Positions 33,318 to 45,258 are shown, numbered from the stretch's first letter. The stretch: DNA of 64,000 nt from an uncultured Acidobacteriota bacterium (GCA_963705755.1 CAVPKZ010000085.1:2191-66190); one strand, 5' to 3'. Notes: generated by a model from the sequence alone, not told the origin. Made by a program: numbers and translations.

Positions 33318-35233
33318 CTAAAGTATAACACGCTCGTCGCCCGCCCGGCGGGTCAACCGCTTCGCGGTCCAGGTACTCCAGCAAAGGGTATCGCATACTT
33401 TCGCGTGATCCCGGTAAGGTCCTTAAAGCCAGGCACGGAGATGCGTTCTCCCTTGCTCTTCTTATACGTCGAAAGCAGCTGTTTCAGATGCGTAAGCGCC
33501 GCTTGATGGAAGATCAAGCTCAGGCTGAGACTCGTACCAAGCTGTTTTCGCGCAACAGAATATGCGACGATTTCCGGCCCGTTTGGCTTCCATCGGATAG
33601 GCTCGGAAAGCGCCCTCCTTTCACCGGGGCACTGCCAGGCCGCCGGCGCGGAATGCCGCCTCAATTTTTCCCTTGGCGGCTTGCTCGTCAGGTTGCAGGG
33701 TGGATGCCGCTGCCTGCGCGTTTAACAATTTCGCCCTGCACCTCTAACTTTTTCTGCGCGGTCAACTGGGCCAGCGCGGCGCGAAATATCCGCGGGTTTC
33801 ACACGCCGTCCTATACTAGACCGCAAATCTTCACGGGTTATTCCGGGCATCAGTGGATTTTCGCGTTGAAAGCGATCGATCTTGTCATTGATGGCGCTGC
33901 ACATACTTTCAAATATGCCCGCGGCTAGCAACAAGGGGCGCTCATCGCCAATAGTTTTCACGGCTTTGGAGGACGATAGGGCCCTTATGGTTTCCTGAGT
34001 GTCCGTCTGCCGCCATCCGGTGTGGGCTGCTATTTCATCATAAAGTAATCCCATGGGCGCTCGCGCCACGATGGCCGCAAGCACGTCGTTCCGTATGCCG
34101 TCGCGAAGAGTTTCGAGAAATTTGACCCTCCCGGTATCGCGCGAAAGAGGGCACCGCGCAGGATCAAGACTACGCCGCCTCCAATGGTAGTGACCGGAGA
34201 AAATTGCCGCACGATGAAGCGCTCGCCCGCTGTCAGCACCATTTCATCCTGGAGGCGAAGATGAGCCAGGGCGATTTTTCCGGGAGCAAGCTCGCCGGCG
34301 CCGTAGAACGAAATTTCCGCGATGGTTTCGGCGGTTGCGGCATGAAGATGTACGCGCTCGCGATGTTTTAACTTGTGCGTTCCAGGCAACAACGTAAATT
34401 GCGCGTCAATTCTGCGCGTTGCCCGAAAATTTCCGGGCTTCGCCAGGGTCATCCCGCGCCGCACGGCGGTGTGATCAATTCCCGCGAGGTTTACAGGCCG
34501 TGCGTTGACCGGCGGATGCCTGTGCAACAGTCTGTCCGCCGGTTTGCACACCGCGAACACGAAGTCGCTCACCGCCAGGCAAGAGTTCCACCTCATCGCC
34601 AGTTTGCACAGCGCCGGAGATCAACGTGCCGGTTACAACTGTTCCAAAGCCTTTATCGCGAAGGCCCGATCGATGGGCGGACAAACGGTCGTGTGGCGTC
34701 CTTGCCGCTGACTTTTATGTCGCAGCATGGTGCAGCGCTCGCTTTGATTCCGGGAGGCCAGCCCCGGTTTTGGCGCTGACGGGCACAATTGCCGAGCCAT
34801 CGAGAAAAGATCCACGCACATATTCTTCAATCTCCAATTGTGCCAGTGTCAGACCGTTGTCATCGACGAGATCGCATTTAGTGAGCGCGATCACTCCTTG
34901 TTTCACTCCCAGCAGTCTGCAAATATCAAAATGTTCTCGCGTTTGCGGCTTGATGGATTCGTCGGCTGCAATCACCAGCATCATCAGATCGATTCCCGCA
35001 GCGCCAGCCAGCATGTTGCTCACAAATCGTTCATGGCCAGGCACGTCAATGAATCCAAATCGGATTCCCGCGTCTTGCAGAAAAGCAAAGCCGAGATCAA
35101 TGGTGATACCTCGGCGTTTTTCTTCCGCAAGGCGGTCCGGATCCGTGCCGGTGAGCGCTTCAACCATGGAAGATTTGCCGTGGTCTATATGCCCCGCGGT
35201 GCCGACAATCACGCTTTTAAGATTTGCAGTCAT
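33318..35233 (-). CDS. selB: Selenocysteine-specific elongation factor (several frameshifts)
   Basis: [44 protein letters not shown]-terminal [20 protein letters not shown]. Confidence 0.94.
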
Positions 35234-35335
35234 AAAAGATAAATTTTATTTGAAATCCTAGAGCGTCACAGCAACCGCCACTGTTCGCTTTCATTCAGCA
35301 TTCCGACCTCTGCGTGCTAGAATCAGCCCATCCGC

Positions 35336-36040
35336 ATGAGTCGCCTTTGTTGCACGCGTTTCGAACGCGCAGCCCGCAAGCTCGGGTGGTTGCGCATCGC
35401 CGGTCTCGATGAAGCCGGTCGCGGCGCGCTGTTCGGCCCAGTGGTCGCCGCGGCGGTGATTCTGAATCCCAAGCGGCGCATCGTCGGCCTGGACGATTCC
35501 AAGAAACTGGTGGCCGAGCGCCGCGGGGAGCTTGCGCCGCGAATTCGCGAGCACGCGTTGGCATGGTCGGTCGCGGAGATCAATGCGCAACGCATTGATG
35601 CCTGGAATATTTATCAAGCCAGCCGCCAGGCCATGACCGCGGCCCTCAATCAGCTTGCCATTGTTCCCGATTATCTGCTGCTGGACGCCATCAAACTGGA
35701 TGTTTTGATCGAGCAAAAATCCCTGATTCACGGAGATGGCCGCAGCGTGTCGATCGCCGCTGCTTCCATTCTGGCTAAAACCCATCGTGATGCACGCATG
35801 CAGGAATGGGACGCAGTCTATCCCCAGTACGGCCTCGCGCGCCATAAAGGGTACGCCACCGCCGACCATCTGGAGGCCTTGCGGCAGCACGGGCCTAGCC
35901 CTCTGCATCGTCACTCCTTTGCGCCGGTGCGCGAATCCAACTGCTGGGCCGTGGGCGCTACCCAAATCTCATTTCTGCAGGACATAGAATCGCCGGAGGG
36001 CTCCGCAGAGCCGGCCATCGTTCCATTACAAAATGCGTAA
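35336..36040 (+). CDS. rnhB: Ribonuclease HII
   Basis: AGLDEAGRG, DDSKKL, SIAAASILAK, HKGY. Confidence 0.96.
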   Translation: MSRLCCTRFERAARKLGWLRIAGLDEAGRGALFGPVVAAAVILNPKRRIVGLDDSKKLVAERRGELAPRIREHALAWSVAEINAQRIDAWNIYQASRQAMTAALNQLAIVPDYLLLDAIKLDVLIEQKSLIHGDGRSVSIAAASILAKTHRDARMQEWDAVYPQYGLARHKGYATADHLEALRQHGPSPLHRHSFAPVRESNCWAVGATQISFLQDIESPEGSAEPAIVPLQNA

Positions 36041-36304
36041 ACTCAAACAAAAAACCTCGGTTACTGGTCTTCGCCGGCGCTTCGCCGTGAGGTTTCGGGA
36101 GTAAACGCTGATAACTGGCTGCTCACAGGGGACTTTGCCTTCATTGACTTGTTTTTCTTCAGCCTGTTAGCGTAACAGGATAGCGTTGCGGGTCACCAAC
36201 GAGCCCCAGCGAACGAGGAGAAGGTCTCGGACAGAGTTCAAAGGTCCGCTGGGATGCCAGTTGGCAGCCCGGTGGTCAAACACGTTTAATGTCCCGGTTA
36301 ACGC

Positions 36305-39300
36305 ATGGCTTATAACAAAAGCAAATACGTCGAAGCCGCCCAGAAGCTGTTAAATCAGGGCAAAGTTGCGCAGGCTATCGCCGAATACCAGCAAGTTCTC
36401 AAATTCGAGCCCCGTGATCAAGTCACGCTGATGACTGTAGGGGAGCTGTACATTCGCCAGGGCGAAACTTTCCAGGCCATCGATTATTTTGAGCGGCTCG
36501 CGCAGATTTTTGGGGGAGACGGGTTTCTCACCAAGGCGATTGCCGTTTACAAACGCATCGCTAAACTCGCGCCGGAAGAAATTCGTCCGCTGGAAAAACT
36601 TGCCGACCTTTACGTGCAGCAAGGGGTGATGAGCGAAGCGCGCCCGCTGTTTCTGCAACTGGCGGAAATTCATCTGAAACACAATCGCCAGCCGGAAGCG
36701 GTCAACCTGCTGAAGAAGCTTCTTATTGCTGAGCCGGATAACTTGCGGATACAGGTGCGGCTTGCCGATCTGTATCAAGCCATGGGGCAAAGCAAAGAGG
36801 CGACGGATGCCTACGTGTCCGCGGCGCAACGTGCGTTGGCCCGTGGCGACCAGGCGGAATGCGAAAAATTGGCGGACAAAGCGCTAAAGATGAATCCGAA
36901 GAACCTGGCCGCGGTGATCGTAAAGCGCGTCGTACTCATCGGCGCGGCAATATCACACAGGCGGCGGAAATTCTCGAACACGTGCCCGATCTGGAAAAGG
37001 GCGGCGAACAAGCTGAACTGCTCCTTGATCTGTATCTCAAGAGTGTGAAATGGGATAAGGCCACGGCGCTGGCGTTGAAGAATTTTCGAAGCCGACGAAA
37101 AAAATTTAGGTCTCACGCAAAAAGTTGACGGAAGCGCTACTGCAGTCTGGTCAAGGCGACACAGGCCATGGCGTATGCTTTCGGCGCATCCGTATTCCGA
37201 TGATGGATGCAGGTGAGCACGAAGGCGATCGCAACTGTTGAGGGGCCTGGCGGAAAGAATGCCCGGGCGGGCTGGAGCCGCTGGAATGGCTGGTGGATAG
37301 TTCGGGCGGACGAGCGATTCGTTCCGTTTGCCGGATGCACTGGCGAACCTGGGCGATGCGCTGGTGGCCAACGGCAAGATGGAGCGCGCCAAAGCGATTG
37401 TAGAGCAACTGGTTGACCGCGACCCGGAAAACGATTCTGCCAAGCGGAAGTTGAATGATGTGCTGCGCAAGATGGGGACGTGCCGGCTGAGCCAAGCCGA
37501 TTCCTGAACCCGCAGAAATGCCGGAAACGCTGCAAGCGGAATTCAACAACGCGCCAGCGGCCAAGGTGCGCGCGGGATTCCGGCGGCCGAGGAAGCGCCC
37601 AGCGTAGCGGCTGCAGGCGGCGCTGCAGCAGAAGCCTTCGATAGTGAACAGGAACTCGATGAAGAAACCCAGAAATTTATCGCGCAATCGCTGACGGACG
37701 TGGACCTTTTCGCCAGCTACGGCCTGACCCAAAAAGCGATTGGCTTACTGGAAGCGATTTTGCGGCGCGCGCCCATGCACACGCCAACACTTGAAAAGCT
37801 CCTGGATTTTGTTCTCGGCGCGGGAGATGACCGGCGCACCGCGGAACTTCGGCGCGGCTTGAAAAACTGCATACCGAAAGCGGAGACAAGCGCGGCGTCG
37901 AACGATTTGGCGACTGCGCCGCCGCTTCCAGCGCTCTGCCGGCCTAACGGATGAACAACTGGCTGCCGCCCGCGACGCCGCTTTAACAGAGCGCTTCCCT
38001 GTCGCCGCCGAATCCAGGGATGTCGACAGTGATGAGTTTCCCACGTTCGAAATCGCGCCCGAGCCTGTGGCTGCTGAAGATGGCGCCGAGCCGGCTTCGG
38101 AATTTTCGCCTCCCGCTCCAGTGGAAACTGCATCTATCATCCGTCCGGCTCGCATGCCAAGGATGTTCACGAAGTTGATTTGTCCGACGAATGGTGTTCG
38201 GTGCTGCAGGAAGTGGAACCCACAGAAGCTCACACTAAAGCTACCGCGCAGGAGCATTCCGCATCGCCAACGGAATTTGAAATCAATGCCGAGCCGGTAG
38301 CTGAACACGATGCAAAAGCATCCTTATTGGAACCCGCGCAGCCGCCATCGCCGCTCGTTCCTCCGGTTGATATGCCTGCGTATGCTGAATTCCAGGTGTC
38401 GGCGCAGGAAATTCCGGCGGAAACTGACGCAGAACAGATTGCGTCGCCGGAAGAAATCAGCCTTCCCGAAGCTTTGGCTGAAGCGCCCGCTCCTGCAGCT
38501 GAGGAAAAAGCCTCCCGGAACTGTCTCCTGCGGAACCGAGTCATGCGACCGCAAAATCCGGCGAGCCGGAATCTGAATTTGAATTAGATCAGGATTACGA
38601 CCTGATTCTGGAACCAGAGAAATTGGTGCCGGCGCACAGCCAGAAGCCTCCGGACATTCCGATTCAGGTTCACGCGGCCGAGTCCGATGCGAATCACGAC
38701 GAAGAGCTGGTGGGCAAGAATTCCGCCGGGCCGCCTACGGGCAGCGATTTTGCATCCGATCACTTCCTTGCGGACCTCGCGAACGAGATCGAGGATCTGG
38801 GCCTGGGTGGCTTGACGCCGTCGTACTCGAAGGCCTCGACGGAAGCCCCGGTCAAGAATATCGACAAATCAAATCTGAGCGACTCGGGGCCTTTGAAGGA
38901 AGTCTTTAACGAGTTCCGCGCCGAACTTGGGGAGATGGGTTCCGACGAACGAGGATTTGGAACGCACTACAACCTTGGCACGGCGTTCCGCGAAATGGGT
39001 TTGCTGGAGGAAGCCATCAGCGAATTCCAAAAAGTAGCCAAAGCCAACGAGCGCGGCCGTCCTTTCCGCTATGCCATGCAGTGCTGCACGCTGCTCGGTC
39101 TGGCGTTCATGGAGAAAGGCCAGCCGGGTATCGCGGCCATCTGGTATGAGCGCGCTCTGGAGACTCCGGGAGTGGAGCCGGAAAGCATTCTCGCCTTGCG
39201 GTATGATTTGGGCATTGCCCAGGAATCGGCTGGAGAACCAGAAGCGGCGCTAAAAAGTTTTTCCAAGGTCTACGCGATGAATATCGACTATCGCGACGTG

Positions 39301-39339
39301 GCCGAACGCATCGCCGCTCTCCAGAAGCCTAGCCGCTGA
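36305..39339 (+). CDS. Large TPR protein, SgmX-like architecture (many frameshifts)
   Basis: N-terminal TPR array (DGFLTKAIAVYK), acidic Pro-rich linker, C-terminal TPRs THYNLG.AFREMGL...LRYDLG...YRDV. Confidence 0.8.
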
Positions 39340-39384
39340 CGCCTGGATGTTCGGTAAGCCGCGTTAGGCGGAGACCCCTCAGTT

Positions 39385-39629
39385 ATGAATCGTGTGTTAC
39401 GCGCATTGTTGATTATTTATGTTTTGAGATGGGCGCTCTGCTGCTCTATCTTCCGTGGACGAATTTCTGGGAACAAAACTATTTCCTGAGCCACTTTCCG
39501 TCACTTTTGCCGGTGCTGCTACATCCTTCGTTCCGGGGCTTGGTTAGTGGGATTGGCGTGCTGGATATTTTTTTGGCGTTTGGTTTGATTCGTCCGCGAC
39601 CGGAACCCCCTCGTGTTCCATCCCAGTAG
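39385..39629 (+). CDS. Small membrane hypothetical protein (frameshift near 39420)
   Basis: LPW..FWEQNYF...RGLVSGIGVLD; ATG 39385. Confidence 0.6.
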
Positions 39630-40311
39630 ATTGCCGCGGGTACCGATTCTTTGTTATGTCACCGATCGCAAGGGCCTCGCATTTACGGATGACGATCGAA
39701 CTGAGGCGGTGCTGAAGCGCGTCGCTACCGCAGCGGCGGTCGGGATGGATTGGATACAGATACGGGAAAAAGATTTCTCAGGCAAGCAACAATCATCCTT
39801 CACTCGCGCGACTGTCGCGCAAACATCACAAATCAACGAACGCGACGGAACTCAAACACGAATTATCGTCAACGACCGCCTCGACGTGGCGCTATCGGAA
39901 CACACAGGTGGAGTTCATCTTGGCGAGCAGTCTTTAGCTGTCTACGACGTTTGCAAATGGCTAGCTGCAAAACCGGATCTTGCGGAAAGTGACAAATTTC
40001 TAGTTGGAGTTTCTTGCCACTCGGTTCAGGCGGCAGCGAGGGCGGCACGCGACGGCGCTGATTACATTTTCTTTGGTCCGGTCTTTGCGACGCCGTCTAA
40101 GGCATCATTCGGCGCCCCGCAAGGCCTCGAACGATTGGCAAAAGTTTGCTCTTCCGTATCGATTCCTGTGCTCGCCATCGGCGGAATTACTCTTGACAAC
40201 GCTTCCGATTGTTTCGCCGCGCGCGCCGCAGGTATCGCCGCCATCCGACTTTTTCAAGACGCGGAGAATCTGGCGACCCTGGTTACCGACTTGCGTGCCA
40301 GTTTCCGCTAA
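39613..40311 (+). CDS. thiE: Thiamine phosphate synthase / TenI family
   Basis: QIREKD, VNDRLDVA, GVHL, SCHS, FGPVFATPSK, AIGGI. Confidence 0.85.
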   Translation: MFHPSRLPRVPILCYVTDRKGLAFTDDDRTEAVLKRVATAAAVGMDWIQIREKDFSGKQQSSFTRATVAQTSQINERDGTQTRIIVNDRLDVALSEHTGGVHLGEQSLAVYDVCKWLAAKPDLAESDKFLVGVSCHSVQAAARAARDGADYIFFGPVFATPSKASFGAPQGLERLAKVCSSVSIPVLAIGGITLDNASDCFAARAAGIAAIRLFQDAENLATLVTDLRASFR

Positions 40312-40847
40312 GGCCCGCCGTTCCCCATGGGGATCACGTGGGGATCGCTGGTGGCAACAGTTTTGCCGTTCTTGTCTATCACCGCCACCTGGTAAAGATA
40401 GTCTTTAAAGGGAGTCGCGTTCGCGGTGATAGTTTGAGCGTCTGTAACTTGCTTATGATGCTTACCGCTAACTGCCGGACTTGTATCGGGTTTCGACGGG
40501 ATCGTAGCCAACCCCGATTCAAATAAATCGTTGGTCTTGGCAGCCTTGGTCACATCGAATTGCGTTGTGAAGGAGCTGTCGTCATCCGTAAACCAACGAA
40601 TCTTGTCGCCGACGCAGACGAAGATGAATTGATCTACCGGCGCTACCTGGCCATTTTTAATTTCGACATCCACCATTTTATCGGGGCTGCATGCGACATA
40701 CTTCAGGTTGTAGGATTTGTTCCGATTCGAGTCCGCTTGTGTATCTTTCTGAGGTTCAGGTTTGTTCAATTCGCACCCATAACTCATCATCACCACTCCC
40801 ACGATCAATCCACGCACTACGAGTCTCCACATTGGCTTTCCGGTCAT
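40308..40847 (-). CDS. Putative lipoprotein, paralogue 2 (IFVC..W, DLFE, SDPHVIPM)
   Basis: Signal peptide with SYGC lipobox-like site; SD AAGGAA; strongly similar to 40875-41354. Confidence 0.75.
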   Translation of the reverse strand: MTGKPMWRLVVRGLIVGVVMMSYGCELNKPEPQKDTQADSNRNKSYNLKYVACSPDKMVDVEIKNGQVAPVDQFIFVCVGDKIRWFTDDDSSFTTQFDVTKAAKTNDLFESGLATIPSKPDTSPAVSGKHHKQVTDAQTITANATPFKDYLYQVAVIDKNGKTVATSDPHVIPMGNGGP

Positions 40848-40874
40848 GAAATCTTTCCTTTCTTATTCTTAATT

Positions 40875-41354
40875 TCACATTGGTATTACGTGTGGATCAC
40901 TTGCCGCAACGGGCTTGCCGTTATTAACGGTGGGCGGAATCGAGTAAGAGTAATCTTTAAATTTAATCGCTTTCTTACTCACTTTTTGAGCGTCAGTGAC
41001 GTACTTGTGCGTACCGCTCGGATCTGGTTTGGACGGGAGCTGCGTTGGTGATAACTCAAATAAGTCACCCGGGTTAGTGAGCGGATCAAAGATTATGGTG
41101 AACATAAAATTGGGATCGTCCGTAAACCATTGAACGTTGTTCCCGGCACACACGAAAATAGCCTCGTCGTCAGGGGATGATACGCCACTGGTTGTGACAG
41201 AGACTGATACGTCAGAATCGCACTTAACGTGCTTTAGATTGTGCGACGTTTGTTGTGGGCTGGGCGTTTTGAAGTTGCAGGCGTAGGTGGTCATTAGAAC
41301 ACTAAGGATAAAGCCACTGCGTATCGCTATTCGCAAAATTACTTTGCTGGTCAT
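40875..41354 (-). CDS. Putative lipoprotein, paralogue 1 (IFVC..W, DLFE, SDPHVIPM)
   Basis: Signal peptide with TYAC lipobox-like site; ATGA overlap with the kinase stop. Confidence 0.75.
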   Translation of the reverse strand: MTSKVILRIAIRSGFILSVLMTTYACNFKTPSPQQTSHNLKHVKCDSDVSVSVTTSGVSSPDDEAIFVCAGNNVQWFTDDPNFMFTIIFDPLTNPGDLFELSPTQLPSKPDPSGTHKYVTDAQKVSKKAIKFKDYSYSIPPTVNNGKPVAASDPHVIPM

Positions 41355-43993
41355 GTGGACTTTCCTTTCTTGTTCTCTTGCGAAATGAGGGCCCTGAAGC
41401 GTGGGTCGTTCTCTAACACCGAGAAATTTGGCGTATCACGCACGCCTGCTGCCGGGTATCCCGCAGCCACCGCGCGCTCCAACTTATCCAGCGACTTTTT
41501 CTGATCTCCCGCCTGGATATAAACCATTGCGGCGAAAAATAACACTTCTGGATCGCGCGGGGCCAGTTTTTCCGCTTCGCCAATGCGAAGCTGGGCTTTT
41601 TGCTTTTCGCCTAGCATGGCGTGGTATTCCGCCAGGTAGCTCAGCATGTGCGCGTCTCGCGGATTGATTTTGCGCTGCTCCTCGCCGAGCTCCAACGCCT
41701 TGCGGTAAGCGCCGGCGGCGCGTTCGCGCATTCCTGGCGCCCAATAATACGCGTCTCCCAGGTTCCCCCAGATCTCGTAATTTTTGGCATCCAGAGTGGT
41801 CGCCTCTTCCAGCGAGTGCGCCGCATCCGTGTAACGTTTGGACTGAAAATAGGCCGTGGCCAGGTTCGACATGCCATCCCCGGTTTTGCGAATCTTCAAG
41901 GACTGGTTCAGCGGCTCAATCGCTTCGCTGTAGCGCCCTTGCTGGATGCGCGTGCTACCCAGGTTCGCGTAGCCAACAAAGCTGTCCGGAACCAGCGAGG
42001 TGACTTGCGTGTACATCTGCGCGGCTTCCTCCAACCTGCCATTGCGCAAATAAAAAGTGCCCAGCCGGTTGTAGCCAGCCCAATAATCGGGTCGCAACGC
42101 GATGACCGCCTTGTAGGATTGCTCCGCTTCCTGCAAACGGTTGAGGCTTTCATAGGCGCGCGCAAGGCCGGTTTGCGCGGCATCCAGCGTTGGTTCGCTC
42201 TGTGAGGCTTGCTGATATTCTTTGGCAGCCAGCTCGTATTTTCCGGTGCCCTGATACACACGCCCGAGGCAGGTATGTCCTTGGGTCAAATTTGGATCTT
42301 TCTCCAGCGCAATCTGACAGGCTTTGGTCGCGTCGGTCACCAGATGTTTGTCGTGGGTGTGCTCGAATTTTTGCCAATAAGCTTGGCCCAAACCAGCGTA
42401 GGCGCCCGCAAACCCGCTGTCTTTTTCGAGTGCGTGACGAAATACGCTGATGGCGTTATCGATATTTTCTTCCTTGTCGTAATTTTGCAAATAGCCCAAG
42501 CCGCGCAAATAGAAATCATAAGCAGCCGGTTCGGAAGTGCCGTGAGCCGCCAAAGTTTTCTTTTCTTGTGGCTCCAGTTCCAGTTTTAAAAGCTCCGTGA
42601 CTCGCGCGGAGACCTGGTCCTGCAACGCAAAGGGATCGGACGCTCCCGCGGTAATCGTGCCGCCGCGAAGCTGTTCATGCGTGCGGGCATCTACGAGGGA
42701 ATAATTCACGCGAACTTGTCCGGCGGCTCGCTGGATACTCAACATTAATCCATAGTTCACTCCGAACTCTTGGCGAGCGGCTTCCAGGGTCTGCACGTGA
42801 TGCGCACGCATTTCGCTCGGAGGAATCACTGCCAGGTGGTGGCGTTCGGACAATTCCGTCAAACCGGAAGTAAGCGTGTCCACCAGGCCGCTGTCGAAGG
42901 CTCCCTCACCCCCCTGCGAATTCGTATCCGGGGCAATCACGGCGAGCTGCACTCGGTCACCCACAACCTCGGCTGAGGTCTTCGGTATGTTGGGAGATCT
43001 TTTTGCCAGCCACCACAGTGCACTCGCAGTAATCAGCGCCAGCGTGGCAGCGGCGGCCACCCACCGGACCCATCCAAGCTTCGGTTTTTCGCGGACAGTG
43101 GAGACGATCCCCACCGCCGATGACGGTTCCAGCGCTTCCAGGGCAGCGCGAACTTCGCCGGCCCGTTGATATCTGCGCGACGGCTCTTTCTCAAGACTCC
43201 GGCGAATCACCGCTGCTAGTCCAGGCGGCACGGTTTCGGGCAGCGCCGGAATTGGCTCATTGATGATGCCGGTGCAAAGACGATAAAGATTGTCTCCGCT
43301 GAATGGCTTTACGCCCGCGGCCATCTCATACATCACGATTCCCAGCGCCCAGATGTCGCTGCGGGCCGACGCGTCGCCGCCCTCGAGTTGTTCTGGCGAC
43401 ATGTACGGCATGGTTCCTGCCAAGCCGATGGTGGTGGCGGTCACCGCTTGCAAGGTCTTGCGAGTTACGTCATTTGGATCGGTTCGCTTGGCGAGTCCGA
43501 AATCAAGGATTTTCGCGTCACCCTCCGGTGTAATTACGATATTCAACGGCTTCAAATCCCGGTGGATCACGCCGCGCGCGTGGGCATGCTCCAAAGCTCC
43601 GGCGATTTGACGCGCATATCTCACTACGCTGGACGTGGACATGCGGCCGTCGCGAATCGATTCGGACAGCGGCCGGCCCTCGACAAACTCCATGGCGATG
43701 AACATCTCGCCTTGTTCTTCAGCTACTTCGTAAATGGTGCAGATGTTGGGATGATTCAGAGCGGAGGCAGTGCGAGCTTCTTCTCGAAAGCGCTGGACTT
43801 GCTTCGGATCACGAACAATTTGAGGTGGGAGAAATTTCAGTGCGACGGTGCGGCCCAGCGCGGTGTCTTCAGCCCGATATACCACACCCATTCCGCCACT
43901 GCCCAAGGGCTCTAAAAGCCGGTAATGCGACACCAAGGCGCTCGGCACAGGCACCGCCACGGGAGGAAACCAACACGCTTGCGGACATCGCAT
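41351..43993 (-). CDS. Membrane Hanks-type Ser/Thr kinase with extracytoplasmic TolB-N-like and TPR domains
   Basis: GSGGMG, VALK, HRDLKP, DFGLA, YMSPEQ; one TM helix; multiple TPRs; DPRF end. Confidence 0.93.
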   Translation of the reverse strand: MRCPQACWFPPVAVPVPSALVSHYRLLEPLGSGGMGVVYRAEDTALGRTVALKFLPPQIVRDPKQVQRFREEARTASALNHPNICTIYEVAEEQGEMFIAMEFVEGRPLSESIRDGRMSTSSVVRYARQIAGALEHAHARGVIHRDLKPLNIVITPEGDAKILDFGLAKRTDPNDVTRKTLQAVTATTIGLAGTMPYMSPEQLEGGDASARSDIWALGIVMYEMAAGVKPFSGDNLYRLCTGIINEPIPALPETVPPGLAAVIRRSLEKEPSRRYQRAGEVRAALEALEPSSAVGIVSTVREKPKLGWVRWVAAAATLALITASALWWLAKRSPNIPKTSAEVVGDRVQLAVIAPDTNSQGGEGAFDSGLVDTLTSGLTELSERHHLAVIPPSEMRAHHVQTLEAARQEFGVNYGLMLSIQRAAGQVRVNYSLVDARTHEQLRGGTITAGASDPFALQDQVSARVTELLKLELEPQEKKTLAAHGTSEPAAYDFYLRGLGYLQNYDKEENIDNAISVFRHALEKDSGFAGAYAGLGQAYWQKFEHTHDKHLVTDATKACQIALEKDPNLTQGHTCLGRVYQGTGKYELAAKEYQQASQSEPTLDAAQTGLARAYESLNRLQEAEQSYKAVIALRPDYWAGYNRLGTFYLRNGRLEEAAQMYTQVTSLVPDSFVGYANLGSTRIQQGRYSEAIEPLNQSLKIRKTGDGMSNLATAYFQSKRYTDAAHSLEEATTLDAKNYEIWGNLGDAYYWAPGMRERAAGAYRKALELGEEQRKINPRDAHMLSYLAEYHAMLGEKQKAQLRIGEAEKLAPRDPEVLFFAAMVYIQAGDQKKSLDKLERAVAAGYPAAGVRDTPNFSVLENDPRFRALISQENKKGKST

Positions 43994-44155
43994 CGTGCTT
44001 TTTGAAAGACAATCGCTGCGCGCATATTAGGCCGCGGTTAACCCGCAAGTCAACGCGGAGTTGATTGCGACTTAACCTCTGCGTCGTCAGATCGAAACTG
44101 TGGACGTTGGGAGGTTGAGGTGCTGTAGAAAAGATAAGGCTAATAAAACCCTAAC

Positions 44156-45258
44156 TCAAGCGCTAAGCCAGCGCCCTATCGGCTTCCACGATTGCGTGTG
44201 ATCGCAAATCACCCGCAGCGCCGCCGTCAGCGGAATTGCCAGCAACAACCCCATTCCGCCCCAGATCCATCCCCAAAAAAGCAGCGCGATGGTGATGGAC
44301 AAGGCATTTAATCGCACCTTCTTGCCCACTAACGCCGGCGCCAGCAAATTATTCGCGAGCATATGAATCGCCATCAACACACCCGCGATCAGCGCGTAAG
44401 ACGCCGCGGAGTGTAGTTTCGCAAGCGCGATCAGAAATGGCGGCAACCACGACAGGACTGCGCCAAAATAGGGAACCATATTCAACAATCCCGAAACTAT
44501 GCCTATCAATATCGGGTAGTCCAAGTCCATGGCCCAGAAAACACGCTGCTCGCAGCTATCACGATCAGCGTCATCAGCGACATACCCACCAGGTAGTCGC
44601 GCAGCACATCGCGCAAGTCTTCCAAAGTTTCCTTTACCGACGTTCTTCGCGACACTGGAAATAATTGCAGGGTGCTGTGCCACACCTCCTGCTTTTCCGC
44701 CAACATAAAAAATACCAGGAAGGGAACAAAGGTAACTTCCAGAACTAGCCCGGACAACGATCCGATGATGTGCACCGCCGCAGCGCGCAGGGCGTTTTCC
44801 GCGCCGACCACAGTCTTGGATGGACCTTTGTGCTGGGAAGGCTGGGAGGGCAACTCGCCCTCACTGACCTGGCTTTCGATACCGTTTATTTTTGTTTCTA
44901 CAGAATTCACCGCATTCCTGAGTGTCCCGCTATACTTCGGCCAATTTGCTGCAAAGTCCGATCCCCGCGAAAACAATCCGTAACCCACGGCGCCCAGAAC
45001 GCCAATCAAAAACAGCACGGTAATCATGGATGCCAGGGTGCGTGGCATGCGCATTCGTTCCAAAAACTCCACAATAGGATCCAGAAAATATGCGATTAGA
45101 ATGGCCAGCAGCAGGGTGATGAGAACGCTCGCGGCAAAATAGAGAAAAACCAGAATGAGCGCCACGGCCAGAAGCTTAAGACTGACGTTTGAAATCAAAA
45201 TATGAGGCTTGGGGCCTGGGGTGGGTCGAACTTCAGCGGTGGATAGGACGGGCTCCAT
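44156..45258 (-). CDS. AI-2E family transporter (frameshift near 44540)
   Basis: AYFLDPIV, LNMVPYFG, FWGWIWGGMGLLLAIP. Confidence 0.9.

Noticed and set aside
33318-35233. Selenoprotein with in-frame UGA near selB
   Set aside because: No ORF with UGA at a conserved Cys position or a SECIS hairpin was seen; selA, selC and selD are not in the window
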